Of a stretch of 47,330 nucleotides of DNA, positions 8,690 to 17,992 are shown piece by piece. The notes beneath the pieces were generated by a model, which worked only from the letters and a program-made list of their open reading frames with translations, was not told the origin of the DNA and ran no database searches. Position 1 is the stretch's first letter, and each line of letters opens with the position of its first letter. This DNA comes from an archaeon (GTDB lineage: Archaea; Iainarchaeota; Iainarchaeia; Iainarchaeales; JAAZKV01), in assembly GCA_035355675.1 (NCBI GenBank), contig DAOQRN010000004.1, positions 1-47,330 on the forward strand, in the 5' to 3' direction. Position numbers and translations under genes: made by a program.

Positions 8690-9210
8690 TGAAAAAAACA
8701 TTTAAAAAAATTAATTTGCGTGGTCAATTTTTTTCTCCAGATATGATTATTGCAATTTTTATTTTTGTTGTTGCTATTAGTTTCTTTTTTATTTCTTCTG
8801 AAAATATTAATCAACAAATATCTGTTCTTGAAGAGAGAAAAAGAATTGATGAAGTAGCACACTCAACAATGAATTTTTTATTATACTCTCCGGGGATACC
8901 AAGTAATTGGGAATCAAAAGAATTTAGTGATGTAAATTTTTTTGGACTTGTAACTGAAAGAAATAAAATTTCTCAAGAAAAAATTAATTCGTTTGTATCT
9001 TTTTTTAATAATAATTATGATGATTCTAAAAAAAAATTGGGGCTTAGGGGCTTTGATTTAAAACTAAGTGTAATAGATTCTCAAAACAATGTTATTTTTT
9101 CAGCAGGTCAAGAAAAATCGAATCCTTACAAAGTATTGTATTATGATAAAATTGCTTATTATTTAGATGAAATTGTTATTGTTAGGGGAGAGTTTTATTA
9201 TGATAATTAA
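8689..9210 (+). CDS. Pilin-like protein (class III signal-like N-terminus)
   Basis: MKKTFKKINLRG/QFFSPDMIIAIFIFVVAISFFFI. The start overlaps the upstream stop (TAATG), suggesting translational coupling. Confidence 0.55.
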   Translation: MKKTFKKINLRGQFFSPDMIIAIFIFVVAISFFFISSENINQQISVLEERKRIDEVAHSTMNFLLYSPGIPSNWESKEFSDVNFFGLVTERNKISQEKINSFVSFFNNNYDDSKKKLGLRGFDLKLSVIDSQNNVIFSAGQEKSNPYKVLYYDKIAYYLDEIVIVRGEFYYDN

Positions 9211-9631
9211 TAACAAAGGGTTGTTTATTTCTACAGATTCTTTTGTTGGTTTAACTTTAGTGTTTATTCTTATTCTAACTTCCCTTATTTTTTTATCACA
9301 AGTTTCCTTTAATTCTTGGAATTCAATTGATTTAATTAGTGCTACAAGAGATCTTTCTTCAGTTTTGGAAAAAACCACTGTTTTGGAAAATTCGATTAAG
9401 CAAAATTCTTCCGAATTAATTTCATCAACTTTAATTTCAACTCCAATTTCTTTTTGTTTTGAGGTAACTATATTTAATAGTAATGATTTGGATCTTCCAA
9501 TTATTTCAACAATAAAACCAGGGTGTGTAAAATATTCTAATGAAATTAGTTCTGTTGAAAGAACTATTGTTTTAAATCAAAATAATGATTTAGAGTTTTA
9601 TATTGCAAGAGTTAGTGGGTGGTTTGAGTGA
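9200..9631 (+). CDS. Pilin-like protein (class III signal-like N-terminus)
   Basis: The track ORF starts at 9167. The internal ATG at 9200 gives MIINNKG/LFISTDSFVGLTLVFILILTSLIF, the more typical short basic leader. Confidence 0.5.
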   Translation: MIINNKGLFISTDSFVGLTLVFILILTSLIFLSQVSFNSWNSIDLISATRDLSSVLEKTTVLENSIKQNSSELISSTLISTPISFCFEVTIFNSNDLDLPIISTIKPGCVKYSNEISSVERTIVLNQNNDLEFYIARVSGWFE

Positions 9632-10482
9632 ATTTTAATTTTTTTAGATCTAAAAAAGGTTTCTTTTTTACATTTTCTGTAATTTTATTTGTTTCAACTC
9701 TTGTTTTTTTAACACAAGGATTTTCAACAAAAAATGTTCTTGAAGAAAGATACATAATTTCTTCTTACAGACCAAGTGTTATTTCATTTATTAGTGATGA
9801 TATTGCTTTTGATTTAAAAAAAATATTAGGGTTTGAAACAAATTTACATTTTAATGATTTTGACATGAATATATATTTGTCTGATTCTATTTCAAAAGAA
9901 GTATATTTAGTTGATTTAATTAATAATTACTCTGATTTTTTATCAGAAATATATTTTAAGAGAACTCAAGGAAGTAAGATAATTAATTTTTCTTCAGCAA
10001 AAGATGGTAATTATGAAATTTTTTATGGTAGTGATTTTATTTATTATAACAATTATGACACTAATTCAATAAAATTTATTTCAAACAATAATAAACTTAA
10101 TATTGTTGATTTGAATATTTATTTTAAAAAACCATTAATTAATTACTCTTGGGTTCCAAATAAAACTGGAGTTTTATCAGAAATAAAAATTATTTACTTT
10201 GGGGATTATAATTATTTTGAAATAATTGATGAGTTTAATCCTTCAGAATCATCTTCTTTAGTTTTAGAGTTTGATGAAGGGGTTGTTGATATTAATTTTG
10301 GTTTAGTTGACTCTAAATATTCTTCTTTACTTATTGACTCTAAAATAAAGTCAAAAATAGATTTTACTTTTAATAATAATTATGATTTTGATAAAAATGA
10401 ACTTCCAATAAATTTTAATTCTGTTTTTTCAATAATTCTTCCTGATGTTGAATCAAGTTCATTAATTAATTTAAGAAAATAA
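9628..10482 (+). CDS. Pilin-like protein (class III signal-like N-terminus)
   Basis: GTG start overlapping the upstream TGA (GTGA). N-terminus MNFNFFRSKKG/FFFTFSVILFVSTLVFL. Confidence 0.5.
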   Translation: MNFNFFRSKKGFFFTFSVILFVSTLVFLTQGFSTKNVLEERYIISSYRPSVISFISDDIAFDLKKILGFETNLHFNDFDMNIYLSDSISKEVYLVDLINNYSDFLSEIYFKRTQGSKIINFSSAKDGNYEIFYGSDFIYYNNYDTNSIKFISNNNKLNIVDLNIYFKKPLINYSWVPNKTGVLSEIKIIYFGDYNYFEIIDEFNPSESSSLVLEFDEGVVDINFGLVDSKYSSLLIDSKIKSKIDFTFNNNYDFDKNELPINFNSVFSIILPDVESSSLINLRK

Positions 10483-10535
10483 AAAATAATTTAAAAATTA
10501 ATTTTTTTAGTATTATTCTTTATTTTTAAAAAAAG

Positions 10536-10575
10536 TTTTTTGTCAGCAAGTACTTATTTTTTTGCTGACAAAAAA
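10536..10575. terminator. Bidirectional hairpin between convergent pilus operons
   Basis: Perfect 13-bp inverted repeat ttttttgtcagca (10536-10548) / tgctgacaaaaaa (10563-10575). The arms themselves supply T-runs on both strands. Confidence 0.6.
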
Positions 10576-10580
10576 TAAAT

Positions 10581-11036
10581 TTAGTTACAGTTTCCTGATA
10601 AGTCCGCTGGAGCTAGTTGTCTTAATGTTAAACTATTTCTATTGTAATCAATGTATATTTCTTCTTTTAGGAAAGAATATTTTTCTCCCGCAGAGCAGTC
10701 ATTATCTAGTGTGATTATTATTGTTTGGCTTGGTCCGACATTTCTAAATGGTGTGCTATTACAATCTTCCTCAGAAGGTCCTAAACACATTTTATTGAAT
10801 TGTAGGGTGTCAGCAGTTAGATTTTTTAGAGCTATAGATAAAGTACCATTATTTGTACTTGAATTTGTTAATGACCAAGGAGAAGCCATTTTCCAAGATC
10901 CTTCAGCAGTACTATCGCCTATTCCTCCAAAGTTTTCTAGTATTTGTAATAATAATCCAACAACTACTAAAGCAATAACTACTACTATCGCAATTATTAC
11001 TAAGTATTCAATTGTTCCTTGTCCTCGTTTATTCAT
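10581..11036 (-). CDS. Candidate major type IV pilin (class III signal peptide)
   Basis: The ATG at 11036 is preceded by GGAGGT about 6 nt upstream (acctcc at 11043-11048 on plus). N-terminus MNKRGQG/TIEYLVIIAIVVVIALVVVGLLL. Small (151 aa), with 4 Cys and several N-x-S/T sequons. Confidence 0.75.
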   Translation of the reverse strand: MNKRGQGTIEYLVIIAIVVVIALVVVGLLLQILENFGGIGDSTAEGSWKMASPWSLTNSSTNNGTLSIALKNLTADTLQFNKMCLGPSEEDCNSTPFRNVGPSQTIIITLDNDCSAGEKYSFLKEEIYIDYNRNSLTLRQLAPADLSGNCN

Positions 11037-11114
11037 TTTAATACCTCCCTTTTTAGTTAAATCTTGATGAATTAACATTATTTTAGTATATAAATCTTTT
11101 TATATTGCTTAGTG

Positions 11115-12164
11115 CTATCCAAATGTCCCAATAAGTGAACCCACTGCTTGTATTAAAATATTAAATATAATTATTCCTGATATGGCTATTAGAGGGGCAT
11201 ATTTGATTCCTTCGCGTATTTTTCCTCCTCCAAGTACTCCAATGAATGTACTTGCAAGGAATGCGTTTACTATTATTATTATATGTCCCATTGTTATCAT
11301 AAAATCAGGAGTTATTGTTACTCCTGTTCCTATCATTTGCATTCCTGGGTTTATCCCACTATTGTTTGAACTAAAACCGCTGGTTTGTTCTTGAATTGAA
11401 CCAAGTATTGTTAGAAATTGAACACTAACTGCAAGTAACATTGGTGAAGCTATTACAACTACAAAGATTATGAATAAACTATACATTCTTGTCGAGGTAA
11501 TTAATTCTTTTTTTAATTGATTTGTTTGTTTTATGTCATTCGCACTTGTTTCAATTAATTGTGCAAGTTTTCCTCCTGATCTTAGGGCTTGGGAAAAAAA
11601 CTTTGTCGTATCTGCAAGTATTTTTGAATCTATTCTTAGAGCAATTTTTTTTAGTGCATCGGAAAATGATTCTATTCCTAAACTTTTTTGAGTAGCAATT
11701 TGTATTTCTTCACTTAGTGGACCAAATTCTGGTCGAACAGCTGAACGAAATGCGTAAAATGGAGTCATTCCACTTTTTAGATTGTTTCCAACAAGATACA
11801 AAAAATCTGGTAAAATATTTTCAACCATTTTTTTTCTTCCATCAATAACATAAGATAAGTGTAGGTAAAATAAAATTAGAGTCCCAAAAAAACCCACTAA
11901 TCCAAATAAAATCATTAAAGCTAAATTAATATTCGGTGGGAAATATATGTTCGCATTAAAAAAATTATTCAGTATTGGGAAAAGGCTAAAGGGAACTAAA
12001 AAACCAATCATTCCTACTAGTAGTGAAAAAAATATTCTCACTCCTATCCATCTTCTTTCATTATCTTTTGAGCCAGCATATCTTAACCATGGTTTTATTT
12101 TTTCTTCAAGAATTTTTCTTGAAACAATTATTGATGATAAAATATATACTCTTTCTAAAATCAT
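11115..12164 (-). CDS. Pilus platform protein, single T2SS-F domain (TadC/FlaJ-like)
   Basis: Polytopic membrane protein with a cytoplasmic helical T2SSF-like block (LPDFLYLVGNNLKSGMTPFYAFRSAV, GPLSEE, ALRSGGKLAQLIE). ATGA overlap with the upstream gene. Confidence 0.75.
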   Translation of the reverse strand: MILERVYILSSIIVSRKILEEKIKPWLRYAGSKDNERRWIGVRIFFSLLVGMIGFLVPFSLFPILNNFFNANIYFPPNINLALMILFGLVGFFGTLILFYLHLSYVIDGRKKMVENILPDFLYLVGNNLKSGMTPFYAFRSAVRPEFGPLSEEIQIATQKSLGIESFSDALKKIALRIDSKILADTTKFFSQALRSGGKLAQLIETSANDIKQTNQLKKELITSTRMYSLFIIFVVVIASPMLLAVSVQFLTILGSIQEQTSGFSSNNSGINPGMQMIGTGVTITPDFMITMGHIIIIVNAFLASTFIGVLGGGKIREGIKYAPLIAISGIIIFNILIQAVGSLIGTFG

Positions 12165-13084
12165 TTTATCACCTTTGGAACTTTTGCTCTTACAAATAAA
12201 ATAAGGACTCCTTGAACTAAAAATGCAATTAATACTATTAATACAACTGCATTTTGTCCTATTCCACCACCACTAATTGAAGATGCTATTACAAGGAAAG
12301 TTACTCCTAAGGAAGGTAATGCAGCTGCAACAATTAAGTAAACAAGTGTCCACAAATTTAGTTCAGCCGAATAACGTTTTATTGATTCTCTTTGTTGTTC
12401 TACAAGGGATTCTACTTGGGAGTGTAGTGCGTTTGTTAAAGATCCACCGCTTTTTAGAGTTGTTACTATTTGCCAAATTGTTTTTTTAAGAATTTCTGAT
12501 TTAGTTTTGAATGCAAGTTTTTCAAGTGCTTCAGTTTCACTCATTCCAGAATTAATATCTTTTATTACAAGTTCAAATTCTTTTGATACTTGTCCATAAT
12601 TTGACTTTGATATTGATTTTATTGTTTCAAATAAACTTGTTCCTGAACTTATTTGAATAAGCATTGTTCTTAATGCAAATAACAAATCTTGTTCTATTAG
12701 TCCTGCTAGTTGTTTTGATGCTATTTTTGGGTAAAATAAATGAAAAAATAGTGCTCCAAAAAAAGACATTATTGAAAAAATAAGCATTATTGAAATAGTT
12801 GTTGAATTAATTGCTTTTGTTATAATTACTCCAAACATTAATCCAATAAATAAAAAAACAAAGGCATAAATTATTGCAGAAAGTATTGATGCTAAGCAAT
12901 AAGCTTCTGCAGAATAGTGAATATTTGATTTTTGTAAATCATATTTTATTTCGAAAAAAACTTTTGAAATGAATCTTCCTATTGATTTTAATGAGTCAGG
13001 AGCAGATTCAGCTTTTTCAACCGGGAAAAGCATCATTAATGGATTTTTGTTCATCAAATTACCTTTTTTATAAATGTTTTTCAT
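12161..13084 (-). CDS. Pilus platform protein, single T2SS-F domain (TadB/FlaJ-like)
   Basis: T2SSF-like block (LLFALRTMLIQISSGTSLFETIKSI, YGQVSKEF, TLKSGGSLTNAL) plus TM helices. ATG at 13084; an alternative ATG at 13054 would remove the overlap with the ATPase gene. Confidence 0.75.
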   Translation of the reverse strand: MKNIYKKGNLMNKNPLMMLFPVEKAESAPDSLKSIGRFISKVFFEIKYDLQKSNIHYSAEAYCLASILSAIIYAFVFLFIGLMFGVIITKAINSTTISIMLIFSIMSFFGALFFHLFYPKIASKQLAGLIEQDLLFALRTMLIQISSGTSLFETIKSISKSNYGQVSKEFELVIKDINSGMSETEALEKLAFKTKSEILKKTIWQIVTTLKSGGSLTNALHSQVESLVEQQRESIKRYSAELNLWTLVYLIVAAALPSLGVTFLVIASSISGGGIGQNAVVLIVLIAFLVQGVLILFVRAKVPKVIK

Positions 13085-15554
13085 CAATTATTTTTCTCAC
13101 TTCTTCAAGAGAAGTATTATTTTTTGCAAGTTTTTTTATTGTTGAAGGGTAGGAGTAAAACATTTTTACTATGTATCCTATGTCATTTAGTTCTGTTAAA
13201 TTAATATTTTTTAACCATTCCAAAATATTTTTTCTTTCAAGAATTTCTTTATTTATTTCTTCTTCAGTCATTCCTGTGTGAGTATTTAGTACTGTAATTA
13301 GTTTTGTTGGTTTATTTAAATTTTCCCAACTATCAGTTCTTGGTGACCATTTGTAAATAGTGTTTACTTGTAACCCTTGTCCCGTACTTGTTTTTTCAAT
13401 TTCTGCAATTTCATAAGTTCTTCTTTTATTTGTTTTTCTATCACGATATTGAACAACAATTAAATCAATTAATTCAATTTGCATTAATGGAATACTAATT
13501 GGGGGTTCTGCCAGTCTTCTTAACACTTGGTAACTTGAGTTTGCGTGAATTGTAGAATAAATACTGTGTCCTGTTTCAATTGCTTCCATTAGTACTTCTG
13601 CTTCTTTTTTTCTTCTAATTTCTCCAACAATTATTCTGTCCGGTCTCATTCTTAGTGAGGTTATCATTAAGTCAAGCATTGTTACTTCTCCTAATCCTTC
13701 GGGGTTAGGAGATCTTGTAACTAGTGGGATCCAGTTCCATTCTAAGTACTTTGGTAATACTATTTCTCTTACATCTTCAATTGAAATTATTCTGTGGTAA
13801 GTTGGTACAAGTGCAAGCATTGAGTTTAATGCACTTGTTTTTCCACTTGCTGTTCCCCCTGCAATTAGTATGTTCATTTCATATTGCATTGCAAGCCATA
13901 GTGTTGCCGCCATTTCTGAGTTCATGGTGTGTGCACGACCAATAAAATCAATTATAGTCCAAGGTTTTCTTGCAAATCTTCTAATAGTGATAGTGTTTCC
14001 TTCAGAAGAAATTGGTGAAAGAGTAGCATTTACACGATCACCTGATAATAAGTGTGCATCAAGAATGGGGGTAAGGTTAGTGATTTCTCTTCCTATTTTC
14101 CTCCCAATTTGGGATGCATAATTTAAAATTTCTTCTTCATCTCCTGGAAGCATGTTTGTTTTTAACCAACCGTGAATTCTATGGTAAACAGAGATTGGAG
14201 TTTTTGCTGAGTTAATTGCAATTTCTTCAAGCATTTCATCTCCAATAAGTATTTCTATTTCTCCAAGTCCATACATTTCGTGCAGTATTACTCCGCTGAG
14301 TATGTTTAATAGTTCTTCTTTAGTGTTAGGAAAGTATTGTCCTATTTTTTTTCTTGATTCTTCAAAAAATCTTTCTTTTAATTTTTGGGCTTTTTTAGGA
14401 TCAATAATTTCATCTAGTTCAATTGGCATTGATTCAGCAATATCTGTTTTTATATATTCTAAGTATCTTTTTGTATAATTTCCAATAGAAAAAATTTCTA
14501 TATTGTAAACTTTTCGATTTTCTTCTTTTGATAGTATTATTGATATTTTTGCAGGAACATTATCTACAAGTAAATTGTACTCTTCAATCACTTTTCCTTC
14601 AGGTTTTTTTGTTAATCGTGCTGGTACTGCTTTTTTTAGAATAATAGTTGGTTTTTTGTTTAAACTAGTAGGGTAATCTAATTCAATTATTCCTTCTTCT
14701 TCAAATGCTTTAGCAATTTTTTCAATTAGTTGATAATCTAGTTTTGTATATTTTGATAATTCATCTAAATCAACTTTTTTATATGATTCAATTAATTCAA
14801 AAATTTCATCAATTGGGGTTTTAAAATTTTCATTAGTTAAAATAATTTTTTCATTTAAATTTTCCATTTTAACTTCGTCTAAATCTCTTTCCTCTTTGAA
14901 AACACTTTCACTTTCTTCTTTATTTATTTCTCCTTTTTCTTCAGGTTCTTTTTTAATTTTGTTAGTTCTTGGCCATTTTAATAAATCATTTTCTTTATTT
15001 TCAAAATCGCCTTGGTTTGGTTCTTCAATTATTTCTCTTTTTAACCATTCAAGATCTTTTTGATCATTTTTTCTTGGTTCAAAAAAAGGATTTGTTTTTG
15101 TTTCTATTTTACTTTCTTTTTCATTAGATTTTATCATTGTTTCTTGATTTGAGTTGATTTCTATTTTTTCTTCAGATATTTTTTCATTTACTGTTTCTTC
15201 TTTTTCTTCAGTATTTATTTTTTTATCATTTTGTTCAGTCTTTTTTTGATTAATTTCAGTCATTTCTTTTAATTTATCTAATGAACTTTTTTTATTATTT
15301 TTTTTAACTAAATCATTGTTTCTTTTTTCTTGGTCAAAAGGCAATTCTTCTGTTTTTTCTAATTTTTTTAATATTTCTTCTTTTTGTTTAAATAATTCAC
15401 TTTCTTTGTTTTTTATTTCTTCATTTTTTTGATTTTGGTTTGAAATGTTTTCTTTAGGGGGGTTTTTCTCAGTAGTGTTAGTTTTTTCTGTCATTTTTTC
15501 TTTTAATTGTTTAAAGTAAGTGTTTGTATTTGAAATTTGATCATTTTCTGTCAT
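13068..15554 (-). CDS. Type IV pilus/archaellum-family secretion ATPase (PilB/FlaI/TadA/VirB11 superfamily) with long N-terminal K/E-rich extension
   Basis: Walker A ILIAGGTASGKTS, RIISIEDVREI, Walker B/His box RPDRIIVGEIR and GHSIYSTIHANS in the C-terminal 500 aa. The first ~290 aa are low-complexity K/E/N-rich. Confidence 0.9.
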   Translation of the reverse strand: MTENDQISNTNTYFKQLKEKMTEKTNTTEKNPPKENISNQNQKNEEIKNKESELFKQKEEILKKLEKTEELPFDQEKRNNDLVKKNNKKSSLDKLKEMTEINQKKTEQNDKKINTEEKEETVNEKISEEKIEINSNQETMIKSNEKESKIETKTNPFFEPRKNDQKDLEWLKREIIEEPNQGDFENKENDLLKWPRTNKIKKEPEEKGEINKEESESVFKEERDLDEVKMENLNEKIILTNENFKTPIDEIFELIESYKKVDLDELSKYTKLDYQLIEKIAKAFEEEGIIELDYPTSLNKKPTIILKKAVPARLTKKPEGKVIEEYNLLVDNVPAKISIILSKEENRKVYNIEIFSIGNYTKRYLEYIKTDIAESMPIELDEIIDPKKAQKLKERFFEESRKKIGQYFPNTKEELLNILSGVILHEMYGLGEIEILIGDEMLEEIAINSAKTPISVYHRIHGWLKTNMLPGDEEEILNYASQIGRKIGREITNLTPILDAHLLSGDRVNATLSPISSEGNTITIRRFARKPWTIIDFIGRAHTMNSEMAATLWLAMQYEMNILIAGGTASGKTSALNSMLALVPTYHRIISIEDVREIVLPKYLEWNWIPLVTRSPNPEGLGEVTMLDLMITSLRMRPDRIIVGEIRRKKEAEVLMEAIETGHSIYSTIHANSSYQVLRRLAEPPISIPLMQIELIDLIVVQYRDRKTNKRRTYEIAEIEKTSTGQGLQVNTIYKWSPRTDSWENLNKPTKLITVLNTHTGMTEEEINKEILERKNILEWLKNINLTELNDIGYIVKMFYSYPSTIKKLAKNNTSLEEVRKIIDEKHL

Positions 15555-15686
15555 AAAAAAACCTTTTTTGTCTTTTAATTAGTAGTTCTTTCTTATTTAA
15601 TAACTTGTCTTATAATATTTACTAATATTTTTTGTTTATTTTTTAAGAGTAATTCTTTAATATATCTTAATTACAATATTGAACAG

Positions 15687-16367
15687 ATGTATGATTCTAG
15701 TCTTGATAAGTTAAAAAAAATACTTGAACAAAAGACTGCAACTAGTGAAGGATTTGATTTAAAAAGTCAAGAAAAGCGATTTGATGAATTAAATTTTTTA
15801 TTATCTAAAGAAAAAAAGGTTGTTGACGAGTTAAAAAAGCAAATAAATTTTTCTAATGTGTCACAAGTTCTTCTTGGTTGCGATGCTTTGAATAATAAAG
15901 ACGTTTATTTAAGTTTAATTAAATTTGCTATTGAATCAAAAAAAATTCCAATTTTTGTTTTAACTACAACAAATTATAATCAATTTTTTTCATATTTAAG
16001 TGAAAATCAAATTGATTCTAATAAAATTCTTGTAATTGATACGGTTTCAAAAAACATATCTAAAATTAATGAGACTGATTATTTATTTTTTGTTGATTCT
16101 TTAAGAAATTTAACACAATTACAAATTAAGATAATAAAGATATTTGAAATATCAAAACTTAATGTTAGTGATTTTGTATTGATTTTTGATTCTGTTGATG
16201 TTTTATCCTTATATCATGATGAACAAATAATACTAAAATTTGTTTATTCCTTAACAAAAATATTACATAAGAATTCTGTTTTTGGGGTTTTTTTGTCTAG
16301 TAATAGGTTATTTTCACCAAGGTTGGCTCAATTTTTTGATGATTTTGTTGAAATAAAAAAAATTTAA
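15687..16367 (+). CDS. KaiC/RecA-like fold protein lacking a P-loop (paralog of 4100-4678)
   Basis: Coiled-coil N-terminus. VLLGCDALNNKD occupies the position where KaiC-like proteins carry the P-loop. IPIFVLTTTNYNQFF, NLTQLQI and a Walker-B-like LIFDSVDVLS are also present. Confidence 0.5.
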   Translation: MYDSSLDKLKKILEQKTATSEGFDLKSQEKRFDELNFLLSKEKKVVDELKKQINFSNVSQVLLGCDALNNKDVYLSLIKFAIESKKIPIFVLTTTNYNQFFSYLSENQIDSNKILVIDTVSKNISKINETDYLFFVDSLRNLTQLQIKIIKIFEISKLNVSDFVLIFDSVDVLSLYHDEQIILKFVYSLTKILHKNSVFGVFLSSNRLFSPRLAQFFDDFVEIKKI

Positions 16368-16436
16368 AGAATTTGATAAATTTAATTAAATTTAGGGTTA
16401 GAAACCTATTAATACCTCTTTATTAATTATTTTAGC

Positions 16437-17150
16437 ATGGCTTCCCCAACAAATTTTATTTCAAGAAGAAAAGTAATTTATCCTTTTTTTGTTGTTGTTT
16501 TTTGTATAGTTATTTTAGTACTATTTTATTTGTATTTTTTTTCAGAACCTTTGAGGGTTTTTGAATCTTCAATTTCTGTTGCGGGAGAAGATTTGGTTTT
16601 AAATATTGGGGTTGAAAATATCTCAAATCATATTGTTAAAGATATTCAAGTAGTTATTGGTAGTGGGGTTGATAAAAAAATTGCTTTACTAAAACCAAAA
16701 GATAATTTTCTTTCCCCTGGAGAAAAGTACACTACAATAATCAAATTTCCATTAATTGATTCAAATTTTTATGAAGTTAATATTCAATCTCCATTTATTA
16801 GGGATTTAAAGTTACTTTTTGAAATTGAGGAATCTACTTTAAGACCTGTTAAGGCGGAAGTTTTTATTCCTTCAAAAATGGTTGTTGGTAAAAAATATGA
16901 TATTGTTTATAAACTTTGTAATATTTCAAACAATCACTTATTTGAAGTTTCTTGGCTTGAAACTGTTGACAATAAGTATTTTTCAGGAGATTATTTTCTA
17001 AAAACAATTTCTTTAAATGTGGATGAATGCATAAACTTATATTCCACATTGACTCCAATTAGTTCCGGTGACACAAGGATTTCTTTTTTATTAAAAGTTG
17101 GTTCCCTTGAACAAAAACTTTCCAAGGAAATAGAAATTTTGAATGAATAG
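16437..17150 (+). CDS. Membrane-anchored protein with two beta-sandwich-like repeats
   Basis: N-terminal TM helix (IYPFFVVVFCIVILVLFYLYFF), then two ~90-aa beta-rich halves. No catalytic motif. Confidence 0.4.
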   Translation: MASPTNFISRRKVIYPFFVVVFCIVILVLFYLYFFSEPLRVFESSISVAGEDLVLNIGVENISNHIVKDIQVVIGSGVDKKIALLKPKDNFLSPGEKYTTIIKFPLIDSNFYEVNIQSPFIRDLKLLFEIEESTLRPVKAEVFIPSKMVVGKKYDIVYKLCNISNNHLFEVSWLETVDNKYFSGDYFLKTISLNVDECINLYSTLTPISSGDTRISFLLKVGSLEQKLSKEIEILNE

Positions 17151-17161
17151 GGTTGTTTTTT

Positions 17162-17806
17162 ATGAATAATGAATCAATAATTCAAGTTATTCAAAAAATG
17201 GTTCAAGAGGGGCAATCAAGGGAGAAAATTATTTCTTCACTTAGGGATCTTGGTGTTAATGATGAACAGGCAAAAAAGTTATTGTTAATTGCTGAAGCAG
17301 ATACTTTTACTTTATTAAAAAAAGAAATTGGAGTAATGGTTAGAGAAGAGTTTATGAAAAATAAATCAGATTTTGATGATTTGATTCATGAAGAGTTAAA
17401 AAAAATTGAGCGTGATGAAGAGGATAGGGTTCAAAAAGTTGCAAGAACACAACTTAGTAAAGTTGAAGAAGATGTTTTAGGTAAAACAAGGTCTTTTGAA
17501 GAAAGAGTTAATCAAACAATTAATTCTTCTCAAAAAAGTGTGGGGATGGTTAAAATTTCACTTGATTCTATTAATGAAAAATTATCTCAAGTTGAACTTG
17601 ATGTTGAACAATTAAAAGTTCATAAATTTAGAAAAAAATCTATGCTTTTTTCTTATATTTTGCTTGGTCTTGGAGCAATATTATTAATTTTTTCAATATT
17701 TTTATTTATGTTTAGGTTGAATCAATTAGATATCCAACAAATGCTTTTAATCGGAATAATGATTATTGCAAGTATTACTCTTATGTTTGCTTCAATAGTT
17801 GGATAG
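17162..17806 (+). CDS. Coiled-coil protein with C-terminal double TM anchor
   Basis: First ATG at 17162 (track ORF starts at TTG 17153). Long charged helical region, then two hydrophobic helices at the C-terminus. Confidence 0.4.
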   Translation: MNNESIIQVIQKMVQEGQSREKIISSLRDLGVNDEQAKKLLLIAEADTFTLLKKEIGVMVREEFMKNKSDFDDLIHEELKKIERDEEDRVQKVARTQLSKVEEDVLGKTRSFEERVNQTINSSQKSVGMVKISLDSINEKLSQVELDVEQLKVHKFRKKSMLFSYILLGLGAILLIFSIFLFMFRLNQLDIQQMLLIGIMIIASITLMFASIVG

Positions 17807-17992
17807 GTTATTATTAATTTTTTATGAGGGGTATCATTTTTTTGATTATTTATTATTTTTATTAAAATTTTAATGCTTTTTTTATTATTTTATACTATTT
17901 TTTTGTGATTTTTTGCAATAACCAATGCCTTTATATTTTATCCGTTTTAGGTATTATTTACTAATTTAATAGGGTGTTTTGGGGTTATTTGT

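Noticed and set aside
10651-11067. 138-aa plus-strand ORF antisense to the major pilin gene
   Set aside because: The minus-strand frame carries a textbook class III signal peptide and a strong SD. The plus-strand product has no recognisable features.
13724-14121. Plus-strand ORFs 13724-13945 and 13870-14121
   Set aside because: They are antisense to the conserved ATPase core of the pilus ATPase gene.
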